A DNA stretch of 62,572 nt, the filler included, from Circinaria calcarea (lineage: Eukaryota), in NCBI GenBank assembly GCA_051942165.1. It is 17 parts of 17 records of this genome, joined end to end, with 100 filler letters (N's around TTAATTAATTAA, not from the genome) between each part and the next. Parts side by side here need not be neighbours in the genome. Positions count along the whole stretch, not along the records: positions 11,109 to 14,707 come from JAVECS010002732.1; positions 14,808 to 18,404 come from JAVECS010002733.1; positions 18,505 to 22,100 come from JAVECS010002734.1; positions 22,201 to 25,795 come from JAVECS010002735.1; 13 more parts are not named here. One strand, given 5' to 3'. Every line of letters begins with the position of its first letter. Position 1 is the first letter of the stretch. The notes beneath the pieces are model-generated. The model saw only the letters and a program-made list of their open reading frames with translations. It had not been told where the DNA came from and searched no databases. Position numbers and translations under genes: made by a program. Shown piece after piece: positions 12,430-25,500 of the stretch.

Positions 12430-14707
12430 ATGCCCAAGACTCTTCTCCGGCAATCATGGACGTATACAAGATGCTCCTTGCGACAGCTGAAAGGCCGCAG
12501 GTTTCTAGCAACTGCCGCAGTTGCCACTCTTACTCATACCCCCCCGAACAGCATTTCCCCGAAAGCAGATCACGTCGACCCTTCAACATCTGCTGACGAT
12601 CGTCTTCTCCGTCGTATATTTGACTCGCGATCATTCTGGCATGACTTCTCGCGAACTGGACAGCCGGGTTTTTCAAGACCAAATACTGGTCTATTTCAGA
12701 ACCACCACCTCAAGCATCCCGATGGCTTTCAAGAGTTTGCGCAAGTTACTGTCGGGAAATGTCGACGGATTGTCGACAATGTCCTTCAGATATCTACAGT
12801 CGAAGGATACAAAACCGTTGCTAGAGAGCTTGATCGCTTGAGTGACCTACTGTGTCGGATCATAGACTTGTCCGACTTTGTCCGCTCAACCCATCCTGAT
12901 CCTGCTTTTCAGCAAGCTGCAACGCAAGCACATTCCTTTATGTTTGAGTACATGAATACCTTGAACATAACGACTGGCCTGTGCGAACAACTGCAGAAAG
13001 CGTTGATGAATCCGGAGGTAGTGGGATCCTGGAGCGAGGAAGAGAAGACCGTGGCACAAATCTTAATGAAGGATTTCACACAATCCGCTATTGACCTTCC
13101 TGAGAGCAAGAGACACGATTTCGTGGAGTTATCAAACGCAATCAGTCAACTAGGCTTCAGGGTCGTTGATGAGATGGAGCCGGTCAAAGCCTATCTCATA
13201 TTTGACAGTAGCAGATTGAAAGGAATGGATCCGATGACGCTTAAGCGTTTGACCAACAGGCGTAACGTGGTCCATCTACCAACAACTGGGTCAGTTGCTG
13301 CCAGTGCTATCATGCATGTCGAGGATGAAGATATACGGCGGGAAATTTATGTTGCCAATCGTACGGCATCGGGCAGACAAATCCACCATCTTGAACAGTT
13401 TCTGAGACTTCGTGCTGAACTCGCACAGCTTTCAGGCTATCCAAGCTTCGCTAGTATGACTTTGGTTGACAAAATGGCGAAATCTCCAGAAGCTGTCAAC
13501 CGCTTTCTCGAAGCGCTCTCTGCTGAAAATGCTCCACGAATGAAAGCCGAATTGGCCGAAATGCTGGCGGCGAAGAGAAAAATTCTCTGCACATCTGCAC
13601 ACAAGATCAATGCATGGGACAAAGAGTATCTCCGCAATATGCTCGGTTCAAAGCAGAGATCTACCTCCCGTAAATCTGATTTCCTTCCCGCATACTTTTC
13701 TCTTGGTACCGTTATGCAAGGGTTATCTCGTCTCTTTAGCCGTCTCTATGGCGTCCGCCTTGTTCCCCGTGAGGCCCAACCAGGAGAAACTTGGAGTCCT
13801 GATGTTCGCCGCCTTGATGTGATCGACGAGACAGACGGGCACATTGCTGTCGTCTACTGCGACCTCTTTGCCCGCGAAGGCAAGAATCCTAATCCGGCCC
13901 ACTTCACCCTCCGTTGTTCACGCCTCATCACTGCTTCCGAAGTTGCTGAAGCCCACGCTGTATCCTCTTCCCCATCGGATCAAACCCCCTCCCAATTGAC
14001 GAACGACGGTATGGCTACCTCCTACACCCCCAGCGGAGATCTCTATCAACTTCCCACCATAGCCCTCATTTGCGACTTCCCATCTCCAACCCCTTCCTCT
14101 TCTACGAAGGACTCGACGCCCACCCTCCTCACTTACCGAGACCTCCAAACCCTCTTCCACGAAATGGGTCACGCCATCCACTCCATTCTCGGCCGTACAA
14201 AGCTCCAAGGTGTCTCTGGCACTCGCTGCGCCACCGATTTCGCAGAACTACCCTCCGTCCTCATGGAACACTTCGCCGCCAACGAGTCCGTGCTTGGCCT
14301 TTTCGCTCGCCACTGGGAAACAGACGCCCCTCTTCCTTACGACATGGTCCGCGAGAAACTCGACCGAGATCGAAAAGGTCAGGGCGCCGAAATCGAAGCC
14401 CAGATCCTCCTTTCCGCACTCGATCAAGCCTACCACTCCGATCTCCCCCTACGCGGGGGCAGCACCTTTGACAGCACAGCCGTCTTCCACGACATCAGCA
14501 GGCGATGGGGTAGCGTGCCTGAGCCAGACGGCACGAGCTGGCAAGGCTTCTTCGGGCATCTGGTGGGGTACGGCGGCAGTTACTACAGTTATCTCTTCGA
14601 TCGGGCGATTGCGGGCAGGGTATGGGAGGGCGTTTTCAGGGGCAACAGTTTGAGCAGGGAAAGGGGGGAGAGGTATAAGAGTGAGGTGCTCAAGTGGGGT
14701 GGGAGTC
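12430..14707 (+). CDS. OCT1: Mitochondrial intermediate peptidase (M3 family; 3' partial)
   Basis: Arg-rich presequence, LDRLSDLLCRIID, zinc motif TLFHEMGH, GTRCATDFAELPS and FGHLVGYGGSYYSYLFDR. Confidence 0.95.
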
Positions 14708-14807
14708 NNNNNNNNNNNNNNNNNNNNNNNNNNNNNNNNNNNNNNNNNNNNTTAATTAATTAANNNNNNNNNNNNNNNNNNNNNNNNNNNNNNNNNNNNN
14801 NNNNNNN

Positions 14808-17623
14808 TAGACGATTTTGATGGAGGATCCGATTACGATTACGACGGGGAGGGGGATGGAACTGGGAATGAAGGTAGATTCCTGTCAACACTATGGCTGG
14901 GACCTTCCTCTTCTAACCTGCATTCAGACCTAAGCGCCGAGGATAAAGGCACGTTTGACGTATCTGCTGGGGATTGTTGTAAATGACTAAGTATTCTGGG
15001 AGCTACGTAGAGCAATTGCAAGAGGGTACTGCGAAAGTTCGGAGTATTCTAGGATCAGAGGTATCAGTCACAGACAAGGAAATTCAGGACTCATTGTGGC
15101 ACTATTACTATGATGTGGAAAAGACCATTGCATATCTTTTAAGTAAGTAAACTATTCAAACAGGTGAGGAGAAGGTTTATATCAACGAATTCTCAAGACC
15201 AGAGATCTGCGTCAAAGCCAAAGAAGGGGAAGAAAGGTACGGATGGAGATGTCAAAACGACCAAGGGTGGGTCCAGCCGTTTCTTCCTGTACAGAGCGCG
15301 TGTCCCTTGTGAGACATGTGAAATGTATGATTTACCCCGACGACTGGTGCCTTTAGGTGGTGTATTCTTCTCGAAAGAGTTTCTTGCGTGGGACTAACAC
15401 GAAGATCTAGGCACAAGCACCAGACAACATTCAATCTTGGCAGGGAGCTGTTCGATATCACTCAGCGCGGCCGATTACTTCAGAGACTCTCCGTGGTTGG
15501 ACGTTCCAATGCATCGGCGAGCAGAAATCACCATCGAACCACTCTACCCGCGAGGCAGACTCCTGGGTGGGTCTTCGACCGGAGGTAGCCAAAAAGTCTC
15601 AAAGCTTGCTGCGCTAGCTGCTGCTCGCAAGAAGAAAGACAATGCTGAAGCTACCGGTGCAACTCCAAAGCTTCAGTCAACTACTTCAGTCGCTTTACTA
15701 GACAAGCTAAGTGGCAACCGTAAGCCAAATGAGAGTATAGCCAAGGGATATAAGGAGGGAGAACACAGATTCAAATCCCCTACTTTGACTGGTGAAGTGC
15801 ATACTCTGGGTGGTCAGACCCGTAAATATCCAACAAGGAAACGCAAGGACCCCAGTCCACCACCTATCAATCATGCTCCAGTCGAACCAGATCAGGTTCC
15901 TATGGATGTTGAGCCCCACAGCCTTGCGCCAATTGTCGAATCCCCTTCATTATTCGCCCGCACTATGCTTGATTCTTCAATGTCGTCTCAGGACCCTTCT
16001 CGAAAAGATCTGGTGTCTTTTGCCGCATTTTTCAGTCCGTTATATGCCTCAGCAGTGAATCCTGCTGAATCAAACCCTTTTGCAGGACCGAGTCCAGATG
16101 ATATCGTTGCCAATGCCCAGAACTCGAAAGGTGTGAAGCAGAGTAGGAAGGGAGCATGATACGTGTGGCACTAATACGAATCAGGCTCCAAAGGCCATAA
16201 GTCCTCGGTAAAGCCAAACACGACAGATAAGGCTATCAATGTTCTTACGGACGGCGTAAGCAAGGTTGCAGTTGATGATACGTCACGGACGAAGAGTAAA
16301 AATCTGGATGTCCTTGCAGAATTTAAGAAGGCAAGGAAGAAGAATGCCGCCAACTTCGTAGTCATTGGTAGGTTGTTCCATAGGCGCATATGCAAGCCAT
16401 TAATAGCTCTACTAGGCCATGTTGACGCCGGCAAAAGCACTTTGATGGGGCGATTACTCTATGACTTGAAGGTAGTCGACCAGCGGACAATAGACAAGTA
16501 TCGAAAAGAGGCAGAAACCATTGGAAAGTCCTCTTTTGCACTTGCATGGGTTCTTGATCAAGGCACGGAAGAGCGAAGTAGAGGGGTCACTATCGACATC
16601 GCCATGAACAAGTTCGAGACCGACAAAACGAGCTTCACCATTCTAGACGCACCGGGTCATCGAGACTTTATTCCCAACATGATTGCTGGGGCAAGCCAAG
16701 CCGATTTTGCCGTACTCGTTATCGACGCTAGCACCGGAAGCTTCGAATCAGGTCTCAAAGGCCAAACCAAAGAGCATGCACTTTTGGTTCGTAGTATGGG
16801 GGTTCAGCGCATAGTGGTTGTCATTAACAAACTCGACACCGTGCAGTGGTCCAAAGACAGATTTGAAGAAATCGAACAACAGGTATCAGCTTTCCTGACA
16901 GTCGCAGGCTTTCAGCCTAAGAATATCTCCTTCATCCCCTGTTCTGGCCTCACAGGCGACAACATCGTTCGAAGAGCTACAGACCCCCAAGCATCCTGGT
17001 ACACTGGACCAATTCTCATAGAGCAGCTTGAGACGTCTGAGCCTGTTTCCAGAGCTCTTGAGAAACCTCTCCGGCTAACCATCGGTGACATCTTCCGCGG
17101 TGGCGTACAGAAACCACTTTCGATATCTGGCCGGGTAGAAGCGGGCAGCGTTCAAATAGGCGACAAAGTTCTTACCGTACCAAGTGGCGAAACCGCCTAT
17201 GTAAAAGGCATCGACGTTGACCAAGAACCCAGCGACTGGGCCGTAGCAGGCCAGAACGCAGTCCTCCACCTCACCGACATCGACTCCATCCATCTCAAGT
17301 CCGGCGACGTCATCTGTCCGCCTTCCGCTCCGATCAACAGCATCACAACCTTCACTACCAAAATACTAGCCTTCGAGCATATCACGCCGATGCACGTGGA
17401 CGTCCATCGGGGAAGGCTGCATGCGCCAGGTAGAATCACGCAGTTGGTCGCCGTGCTGGATAAGGGGAGCGGTGCGATCGTTAAGAAGAAGCCGCGGTTG
17501 GTGCAGCCGGGGAGTGTGGCGAGAGTGGTGGTTGAGATGGAGGTCGCGGTGCCGTTGGAGGCGCCCGGGAGAGTGGTATTGAGGGCGGGTGGCGAGACGG
17601 TCGCAGCTGGGTTGTTAGAGTAG
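14808..17623 (+). CDS. HBS1: Hbs1 (eEF1A/eRF3-like GTPase) with a Ski7-type alternative exon (5' partial)
   Basis: HBS1_N (IQDSLWHYYYDVEKTIAYLL) and GTPase motifs VVIG|HVDAGKST, DAPGH and NKLD. Inferred introns include 14949-15010 (GC-AG), 15143-15197, 15237-15410, one starting at 16131 and one inside the P-loop. Confidence 0.93.
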
Positions 17624-18891
17624 GTATAGTAGTCGGAGTTGGTTTTGGTTGGATGCTCGTAGATGATTGCGGCTCCGCATCAATCGTGGCTAGTAGTCAT
17701 GGTTCTAATTACACTTCACCGGTAAAAACGAACAGCAATGCTCCATCGAATCGACGGGAAAAAAGTACTTTTTCCTTCACTATCGTACAGTCTAGTCTAT
17801 TGAGATCTAGCTAATAGAAAACACGAGAAAATGCGGGCTTCCAGCCTGGACCTTCAGGAACCTTTTTTTTCCGGGTTCGGTAAGCCTACCGTCCGTCCAT
17901 CCATCCGTTGGAAAAGACAAAAACTCCGGCCGCTATGCTTTTTATGAATGATTGCCCCGGCTGGACGCCTAGAAATGGTAGTACAGACATGAAGAACTCC
18001 GATGCCCGTGGTCTTTCTTCCAGCGGGATTTTCGGAAACGCGGGAAAACGTCGTTGAGACGTGTCAGAGGTCCGAGTAATCTCCCCCCCTTTCTCTCCCC
18101 CCTGACTCCCGGCGTGCGCACTTTACTACCCTTTAAACCACTCAGGCCAGCTACCACTTGCCTGCTCCCGCTCCCGCTCCCCTCTGCTTCCGCCAGTCAT
18201 CCGGCAGGCCCCAATCCGGCACCTCGAGATCCTCGTACTCGAGCTTCAACCGGCCGTGCTCGTCCAGGCCGGCATTCTGGAAGATGCGCCGCTTGTTCTT
18301 TGAGCTCTTGAGCCAGCGCTTCGTCGTTGAGGACGGGGATGAGGGTGCCGGGGGGGAAGTGAGGGTTTCTTGAGAAGGTTGGGATTGCCAGGAGGGAAGG
18401 GGCGNNNNNNNNNNNNNNNNNNNNNNNNNNNNNNNNNNNNNNNNNNNNTTAATTAATTAANNNNNNNNNNNNNNNNNNNNNNNNNNNNNNNNNNNNNNNN
18501 NNNNTTTATACCCTTGAGCCGGACGAGAAGCAGAATGACATGGAGAAGTACGTTTTACTAATGAAGACGATACTTTGGATTCTTTAGCCCCCCAATCAAT
18601 CTAGCCCTTGATGACCGAGCTGATGACACCGTTGATAGTATACAAGTATTCTGATTAGGCCACAATTTGAGGAAGTCCATCAATCTAGCGATACACGAGT
18701 GGCCGGTTTGCGAATAACCCACTGAAGTAGTTTATACAAAGGATTTGCATTCAAAATGCTCTCGTTGAGATGTGGCAACCCAGGCAAGAAACCGGTAGAG
18801 TCCGAAATGCGGAGTTATTTGATGCTCCGCGACGATGCAATCGAAATACCTCCGTCGCCCTAAACTCGACCCCCGTCCTCACCTCATTCTC

Positions 18892-19452
18892 CTAGAAGCA
18901 GAATTGTACTCCAACGTTGGTCCGACCTGTAGCGAACAAGTAATTATGGATGGTGTACCATCCGGCGGTATTATTCTGGCATTTGAGATCAATTTCGGAA
19001 TTGAATTGCGCTTCTGATTGACTGTCGCAGCGGTTTCCGTTTCCATACTCGCAGGCATACGCCACCGAACCAAGGACCACCGAAGATATGGCATGGGTGA
19101 AGCCGGTAATCAAGTCACACGCAACGCTTAATTGAGTCACAGCGTCATAGAAATCGAAATCGTCTCCCGTAACACAATTCTGGTTGTTACGATCACAACT
19201 GCAGTTGGGGCCATTGTCTCCAGTGGGTCCTTCTCGTTTCTTAGCATACCTGGGGCTAAGAGAAGCTTCGAGCTGACGCTCCCTGAGGGTATTTGCAACT
19301 TTTGTGCGATTGGGAGGCCCAATGTAGTTGGTGATGAGCTTTCCGGCGTTGTTGAAAGTATGTAGGTAGATACCATTGGCGTCTCCGTGAGAATGCTGAA
19401 GGACTGCTGCTGCTCTAATAGCAATGATTAAAAGGGTTAGTGAGAACAGCAT
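18892..19452 (-). CDS. Small secreted Cys-rich protein (effector/toxin candidate)
   Basis: Signal peptide MLFSLTLLIIAIRAAA, pro-region ending in a Kex2-like KKR site, mature region with 8 Cys. Confidence 0.8.
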   Translation of the reverse strand: MLFSLTLLIIAIRAAAVLQHSHGDANGIYLHTFNNAGKLITNYIGPPNRTKVANTLRERQLEASLSPRYAKKREGPTGDNGPNCSCDRNNQNCVTGDDFDFYDAVTQLSVACDLITGFTHAISSVVLGSVAYACEYGNGNRCDSQSEAQFNSEIDLKCQNNTAGWYTIHNYLFATGRTNVGVQFCF

Positions 19453-20184
19453 GACTTCCTGAGAGATACGGGAAGTAGAATGGTTGACAAAGGGAAAGGA
19501 GGAGTAGTCGGAAGTCGGACAATTCGGAGAGTCAAGGTAACGGTACTTTATAGTGAAGGGAGATTGCGTCTTTATCACAGTACCTTTAAACTGATGTACT
19601 TCCGGTGGGATAGCTGATGCTCGTGTACTCGTTTCCGATCAGAGTTTCGTAGGGTTGTTTCAGGGCGCCTATGAATTAAATTGTATCACATCCTTTTCCC
19701 TTGCCGCAGCAGATGCAGCACGTGGCATCTTCTGACCCTTAGGACGACGAGCTCGTGAGCGGAAGAGCTGATCATTGAGATGAATGTGAACTTAGCGCTG
19801 TCATTTTTGCCTGGTCCGCAAACAATAAGGAGGACTGGAAACATGGAGAATGGTGAGACGGAGAAAGTGGGGAGTAGTTGTAGCACATGACTTTCAGGGG
19901 AAGCTCTTGGGATGTGTGAACAGACGAATGACTCGGGAATTTTGGAAGAGAGTGCAACCTAGTAATTAATTTGAAAAACCGTACGGACACTTTGAAGGAG
20001 AAATGTGGGCCGCGAGCAAGCATATATAAAGGTGTGGTGATACTGTAGTGTAACTGCCACAGTAATACAGCCCTATCTACCACGCTAGCCTGCTGGGATC
20101 TTCCCCGCGTATCGATTAGTTGACGAGAACGCGCTTTGGATTACCTTTTAATTCGCATATAACCATCACTCCAGATTACCCAAC

Positions 20185-21424
20185 ATGCCTCTCATCCGCA
20201 AGCGCCGCTCCGTAAGCCCTTAAACCAATCCCTCAATCAAACCCCCTCAAGAACCCAACTAACTGACTCCAATCCAGCAAGCCGAAGCCTCACCCTCTCC
20301 TCCCCCAACGCGTCGCCGGCGCTCCTCGACCTCCTCCTCAGCCTCCCTCTCCGACGCCGAAGACGGCACCCAGCTCGATGGCAACACGCAAGACCCCAAC
20401 GCCAGCAGCACGCAGGACCAGATGGTCAAGAAGCTCGTACGGCTGGCGCTCGCGAGCGAATACTCGCGGCAGCCTCTCCGGCGCGCCGACATTACCGCGA
20501 AAGGTGCAGTATAATCTATAACCCCCCCCCGCCCCAGCGAGAATGGCATAGGTCCTAATACATGGGAAATCAATAGTCCTCGCACCCAACAGCTCCCGCA
20601 ACTTCAAGGCCATCTTCGCCCTCGCCCAAGACCATCTGCGTTCCACCTTCGGCATGACTCTGACCGAACTGCCGCTAAAGGACAAAATCACCATCACCCA
20701 GAAACGTGCCGCCCAACGCGCTACCGGCACCTCACAGGGCCTCTCCTCCGCCTCCGCCTCCTCAAAAGCCTACGTCCTCACTTCCACGCTACCCTCCTCA
20801 CTCCGCGCGCCCAGCATCCTCGCGCCTGCCAAAGCCCCCAGCACCGCTGCCGAAGCGAGCTACGTTGGCCTGTACACCTTTATCGTCAGCGTCATCTACC
20901 TGCACCAGAGCCACCGGTGCGCGGAGGGCAAGCTGGAGAGCATTCTGAAGAAGGTGAATGCGGATAACTATGTGCTGGGGGGAGAGAAAACGGAAAAGGT
21001 GCTCAAGCGGATGGAGCGGGAAAATTACATTGTCAAGATCCGCGAGAGGGAAGCCGGCGGCGAAGAGACGGTCGATTGGGTTGTCGGACCGCGGGGTAAG
21101 GTAGAGGTTGGGGAGAAGGGCGTGGCGGGCTTGGTGAAGGGCGTGTTTGGGAAGAAGGACCAGGAGATGGAGGAGTTGGAGAGTAAACTGGAGAGGAGTT
21201 TGGGGGAGGGGACGTTTAGGAGAAAAAGCCACGGGAGATTGGAAGGAGTGGAGGAGGAAGGGGCAGAGGACGACGAGGAGGAGGGAGGAGGGGAGGTGGT
21301 GGAAGTCGATGGAGACGCCGAAGAAGAGCCGGAAAGAATGAGTGGCAGGAGGACTTCGGGAAGAGGGAATAGGAGGCGGAGAGATGAAGCGGAGGAAGAG
21401 GAACCAGATGAAGAAGACGATTAG
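20185..21424 (+). CDS. NSE3: MAGE-domain Smc5/6 subunit Nse3
   Basis: MVKKLVRLALASEYSRQPLRRADI, FGMTLTELP, YVLTSTLP and WVVGPRGKVEV; two 5' introns; acidic tail. Confidence 0.88.
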
Positions 21425-21615
21425 ATGCATATCCATGTGTCCTTTGTTCGCGAAACCGAACCTCATAATGCTAAAGAATCTGCTCTCACCATACCATAGG
21501 CCCCTGAAACCGCCCGCTCATCTGAAAAAAAAAATGTCTATGCAAGCCAAATCCCTTGCCCCAGCGCCTCGCAATGCAAACCTCCTAATTCTACATGCCG
21601 TGTGCAGACAGCCCC

Positions 21616-22100
21616 TTACTCGCTATCACTCGCACTCCCGGTGGGTCCTTCGTCCTCGTCCTCGTCCTCTTCCTTGACCACGTCGTCGCCTGCCATCTGC
21701 GCAAACTCGGCTTTCTGCAGGGTAGTCCTGAGGTCCGTATTCCGCGGATCGACAAGTTCAAAGGCCTTGAGCTTGGCTTTGTTTCGTATCCTAGTTTCCC
21801 CGTCAGTCCTCTTCTTGACTACCGATTATCTTCTTCGCCAAGGGGGGGTTTTGAGGGTCTAAGGCAATGGCCCTTTGATGCCTCAGGTTGCTGCGAGCGA
21901 GATAAGGAGACAAGAGCTCGTGGTACAAACCTAGGATCTGCACCGGCATCTAGGAGTAATTCCACCAGCGCGCCGCCGCTTGACCAATCCGTTTTGGATA
22001 GCTCGTTGACGAACCGGACGGCTTTGTGTAGAGGGGTATCGGCTTCGAGCCTGTCCAGGGGGTCGACCTCGAGGCCCTCTTGGTCGAGTAGCAAGTCTAG
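21616..22100 (-). CDS. Conserved small fungal ankyrin protein (YGL242C-like; 5' partial)
   Basis: LLDQEGLEVDP..DTPLHKAVRF..LLDAGADPR|IRNKAKLK..acidic tail; intron 21791-21930. Confidence 0.8.
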
Positions 22101-22200
22101 NNNNNNNNNNNNNNNNNNNNNNNNNNNNNNNNNNNNNNNNNNNNTTAATTAATTAANNNNNNNNNNNNNNNNNNNNNNNNNNNNNNNNNNNNNNNNNNNN

Positions 22201-22623
22201 CCCGGTAACCTCCCAACCCTCACACTCATCCTCGCCTCCGAAACAATCTACTCCCCCTCCTCTCTCCGCGCCTTTACATCCACCCTCCTCTCCCTCTTAT
22301 CTTCCCCTTCCCATTCACCGCCCTCATCGCCATCTTCTTCCCCATCCTCCTCCCTAGCCCTCATAGCCGCCAAACGCGTCTACTTTGGCGTCGGCGGCGG
22401 CGTGGACGAGTTCCTACGGGTGCTGGAAGATCTGGGGGGATGGGGACGGTGCGTGTGGGATAGCGTTGATGCTGATGGTGATGCTCCGGATGGTGAAGAA
22501 TGGAGAGGAGGCGTGGGAAGATGTATCTTGGAGGTTGGGGTTAAGATTCGGGAAGAGGAAAGAGTAAGGAAATGGAGACGAACATGTAAAGAAGCGGTGA
22601 ACACGAAGAAATTGAATCACTAA
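22201..22623 (+). CDS. HPM1: Histidine protein methyltransferase Hpm1/METTL18 (5' partial)
   Basis: LILASETIYSP...AAKRVYFGVGGGVDEF motif. Confidence 0.85.
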   Translation, partial: PGNLPTLTLILASETIYSPSSLRAFTSTLLSLLSSPSHSPPSSPSSSPSSSLALIAAKRVYFGVGGGVDEFLRVLEDLGGWGRCVWDSVDADGDAPDGEEWRGGVGRCILEVGVKIREEERVRKWRRTCKEAVNTKKLNH

Positions 22624-23585
22624 TTTGGGTTTCCTCCCCGGCCCGGGGGATAGGATAGGATGAGATAAGTAATCAATGTGTCCATGTTCATACAGAGAGG
22701 GAAGGAAGGGTTGACAAAACAATGCTCTCTTTTACCGGCCGGTGGAGATTCAATTACTGCTCTGCTCTCCTCCGCTCCGCTCCTGTTTGGATTCGATTCG
22801 ATTGATAATACAACCCATATACAACCATACCCAACCGCCCTGAGCCTTTTCTTTTCTTTTCCTTTTCCCCTGCTTTGCTTTGCTTTGAGAGCCGGGAGGG
22901 GAGGACAGGGGGTAAAAATCGAGGTTAAGTTAAGTTAGGTTAGGGCAAAGTAGGGGGGTTATTCGATAGCCGGGGGAAAAAAAAATTTAGGGACTTGGAT
23001 TTTTGGCCGTTGCCGTTGCCGTTGTCGTTACCGTTGGTCCTGCCAACTTTCACCTTACGCAGCAGCATACACCTACTATCATCGCCATCCCCATCCCTAC
23101 CATACCCATCCCTTTCCTTTTCCTTCACCGCACCATCACCACGACACAAACCTTCACCAGGGAAAAAATAAATCCCACAGCATTAAAAGAGAACGGAACG
23201 GGAGCAGTCAAACAGTCAAAATCATTCAAGCAACATCGATCATATCCTATCGTAGGCTTTTTTCACTCCCACTCCCACTCCCAGTTCAACGGGGTCCCGA
23301 TCTCGACGGTCCTACTTTCCATGCATCGGACAGAGGTCGGAAAAAAACTTTCCCCCAGGCATCCAAAGCGCACAAGGGCAGAAAGAAACCTTCCCTTCCA
23401 GGCCGAGATCGAGCCGAGTACAGACAGAGAACCTTCCCTTCCAAGTGTCCATCCTCCTTGCACGGATTTTTTTTTTTAAATCTCACGATTCCCCCGCCCA
23501 ACCCTGCAGCCGGCCACCGAAATTTTGTCAACATAGCAAGCCTCCCTATCCCTTCATACCCCCTCACCCCATGCCCCTAAATCCC

Positions 23586-25500
23586 TCAGAAATCCCACAA
23601 GACACTATCCTTCGGTCCCTGCTGCCTCTTACCGGCCTGGAACTTCCCTCCGTTCACCCCGCCGATCCCATCCTCATCGCTCTCATCGCCAAATCCCCAA
23701 TTCCTCCCCGCGCCCTTCTTCCCGCCCATACCATCGCCTCCGGTCTTGATGGCCGTATCCTTGATGCCCCTTCCCTCGGTCATGTAATCGTAATTCGTAC
23801 CGCGCTTGCCTCCCATGCCGTCGCCGCCGGTTTTGATGCTCGTGTTGCCCATGTATTTGTTGTTTTTATTGTTGCCGTCCATGCTGTAGTTTTCTTTGTC
23901 TTTGGAGGAGAAGGTCGAAGGGTCGTTGTGGTGACTTTCCCCGCGACTGGCTCTCGACCGGGCATGGGGACTTTCGTCTGTGGCTTCCCATTGGGCGTCC
24001 ATCATCTTGACGGCTTTGCTACGGTTTCCGGGGAGGGGACGGTTGGTGTCACTCGCGCTCTTTTCACCCAGACCCGGGGATGAGTCCGTCATTTCAAAGT
24101 GCGGGTCAAAATCCTTTCTACGATCTTTTAGATTTGCAACGGCAATGGGTCGACGGTTCTTCTTCTCCGGGCTTGGGGGTAGTTCCGTGTCATCGTACAG
24201 GTTATTTTGGTATAACCCTATCGCTGCAGTCGAACCTTTACCGCGCATCTTCTCAGCTGGGCGTCGCTCTCCGGCCGGGGTTCCAGCATCCTCAAAGTCG
24301 AAATGAGCCTTTGCATCCCGACGGGGCTGGATAGTGTTGCTTTCCTTTGGAGGCCCTACAATCTTAGAATCGTCATCTCCTGTATCAAAATGGCGCACAT
24401 CTTGCGCACGGAACTTCTGGGTCACTTTTTCAGGAGTCGAAAAGTCCTCGAAACCCCATTGCGATTTGTGCTTGGTATTTGAACGACCCGGCAGCTCAGA
24501 TTCTTGCTTAATCGGTTGATCGTTTTCGTCGCTGAATTCAAAATGGTTGTATTTGGTGGGATCCACTTTGATATGTTGCTCTGGCGACTGCTGGCTCATG
24601 CCACTGTCAAAGGGTGATTCATCGGTATCGAAAAGACGAGATGGTTGGAAATTTTTGCCCGCGCCGCCTTTGGGCGCGACTGCACCGATGGCGTCCTTTT
24701 TGGGGGATGATGCCTTGGGTTCGGCCTTTGGAGTATCATCAGACTCGCCGTCAGCGAAGAGATCGTAGTAGTCTCGTGGCGGAGGTTTAGCTGAGGTACG
24801 GGGAGGAACAGCTGGTGGCTCATTGGAATACTCGTGATTCGGTTCTCGTGGGGAAAAGAGAGACAGACTTGTGTGAGGATCTCTAGATCCGTTCTTCTTC
24901 GGCGGGCTTACTTTGCTGGTAATAGTAACATCGCCGACGTTGCGAGTATGCTCTGTTCCTTGTGTCGCAGTCGCTGCACTGGATGCAATGAGACGGGCCT
25001 GATCTTTACCATCTCGAATGGGCCAGTTTCTCGCTCGAGATCCAATCACGTCAACTAATTTAAGCAGAGAGCCTTGGTCCCAGTAGAGGCGAATTTGTTG
25101 GATCTTCTGGTTACTATCGAAATGCACAATGTGCACCTAAGGTCAACTCCGTTAGTAGTTGGATCGAGAGGCTCGTAACAGGGATCTTTACAATCGGAAA
25201 GGTCACTACGCGATCTGCTAGGAAATTGTCATCCAGACCTGGCAGGTATGGCCCACCACCTGTAAGGAATTCCAGTGTCGTTTCAACATCCAGGCATATT
25301 GCATTGTCGCCTTCAACAGTGCTCAAGACCTTCTCCTCTTTCTTCTTCAGGGTGGAAGTCTGGTTCGACAGATGCTTAGCGATGGCTGTGGCATCGTTGA
25401 TAGTGGTCAGGGTAGTAATGTAGTTCAGGGAGGCATAGGAGGACAAGGCAGCAGCACTTGGAGTTGCTAGGAAGCTCTGGTACTTCTTCTGAAGCGACAT
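23586..25500 (-). CDS. Conserved fungal protein with an N-terminal NTF2-like domain and a disordered repeat tail
   Basis: YLPGLDDNFLAD..FPI|VHIVHFD..IRLYWDQGSLLK; intron 25137-25191; duplicated IKTGGDGMGGK motif. Confidence 0.8.

Noticed and set aside
17969..18404. Possible 3' gene fragment on the minus strand (…RRIFQNAGLDEHGRLKLEYEDLEVPDW…)
   Set aside because: Too short and unrecognised to call with support.
23445..24083. Long antisense or alternate-frame ORFs (also 4450-5118, 20798-21466, 37000-37539)
   Set aside because: Shadows of real genes on the opposite strand or frame; no independent motifs.
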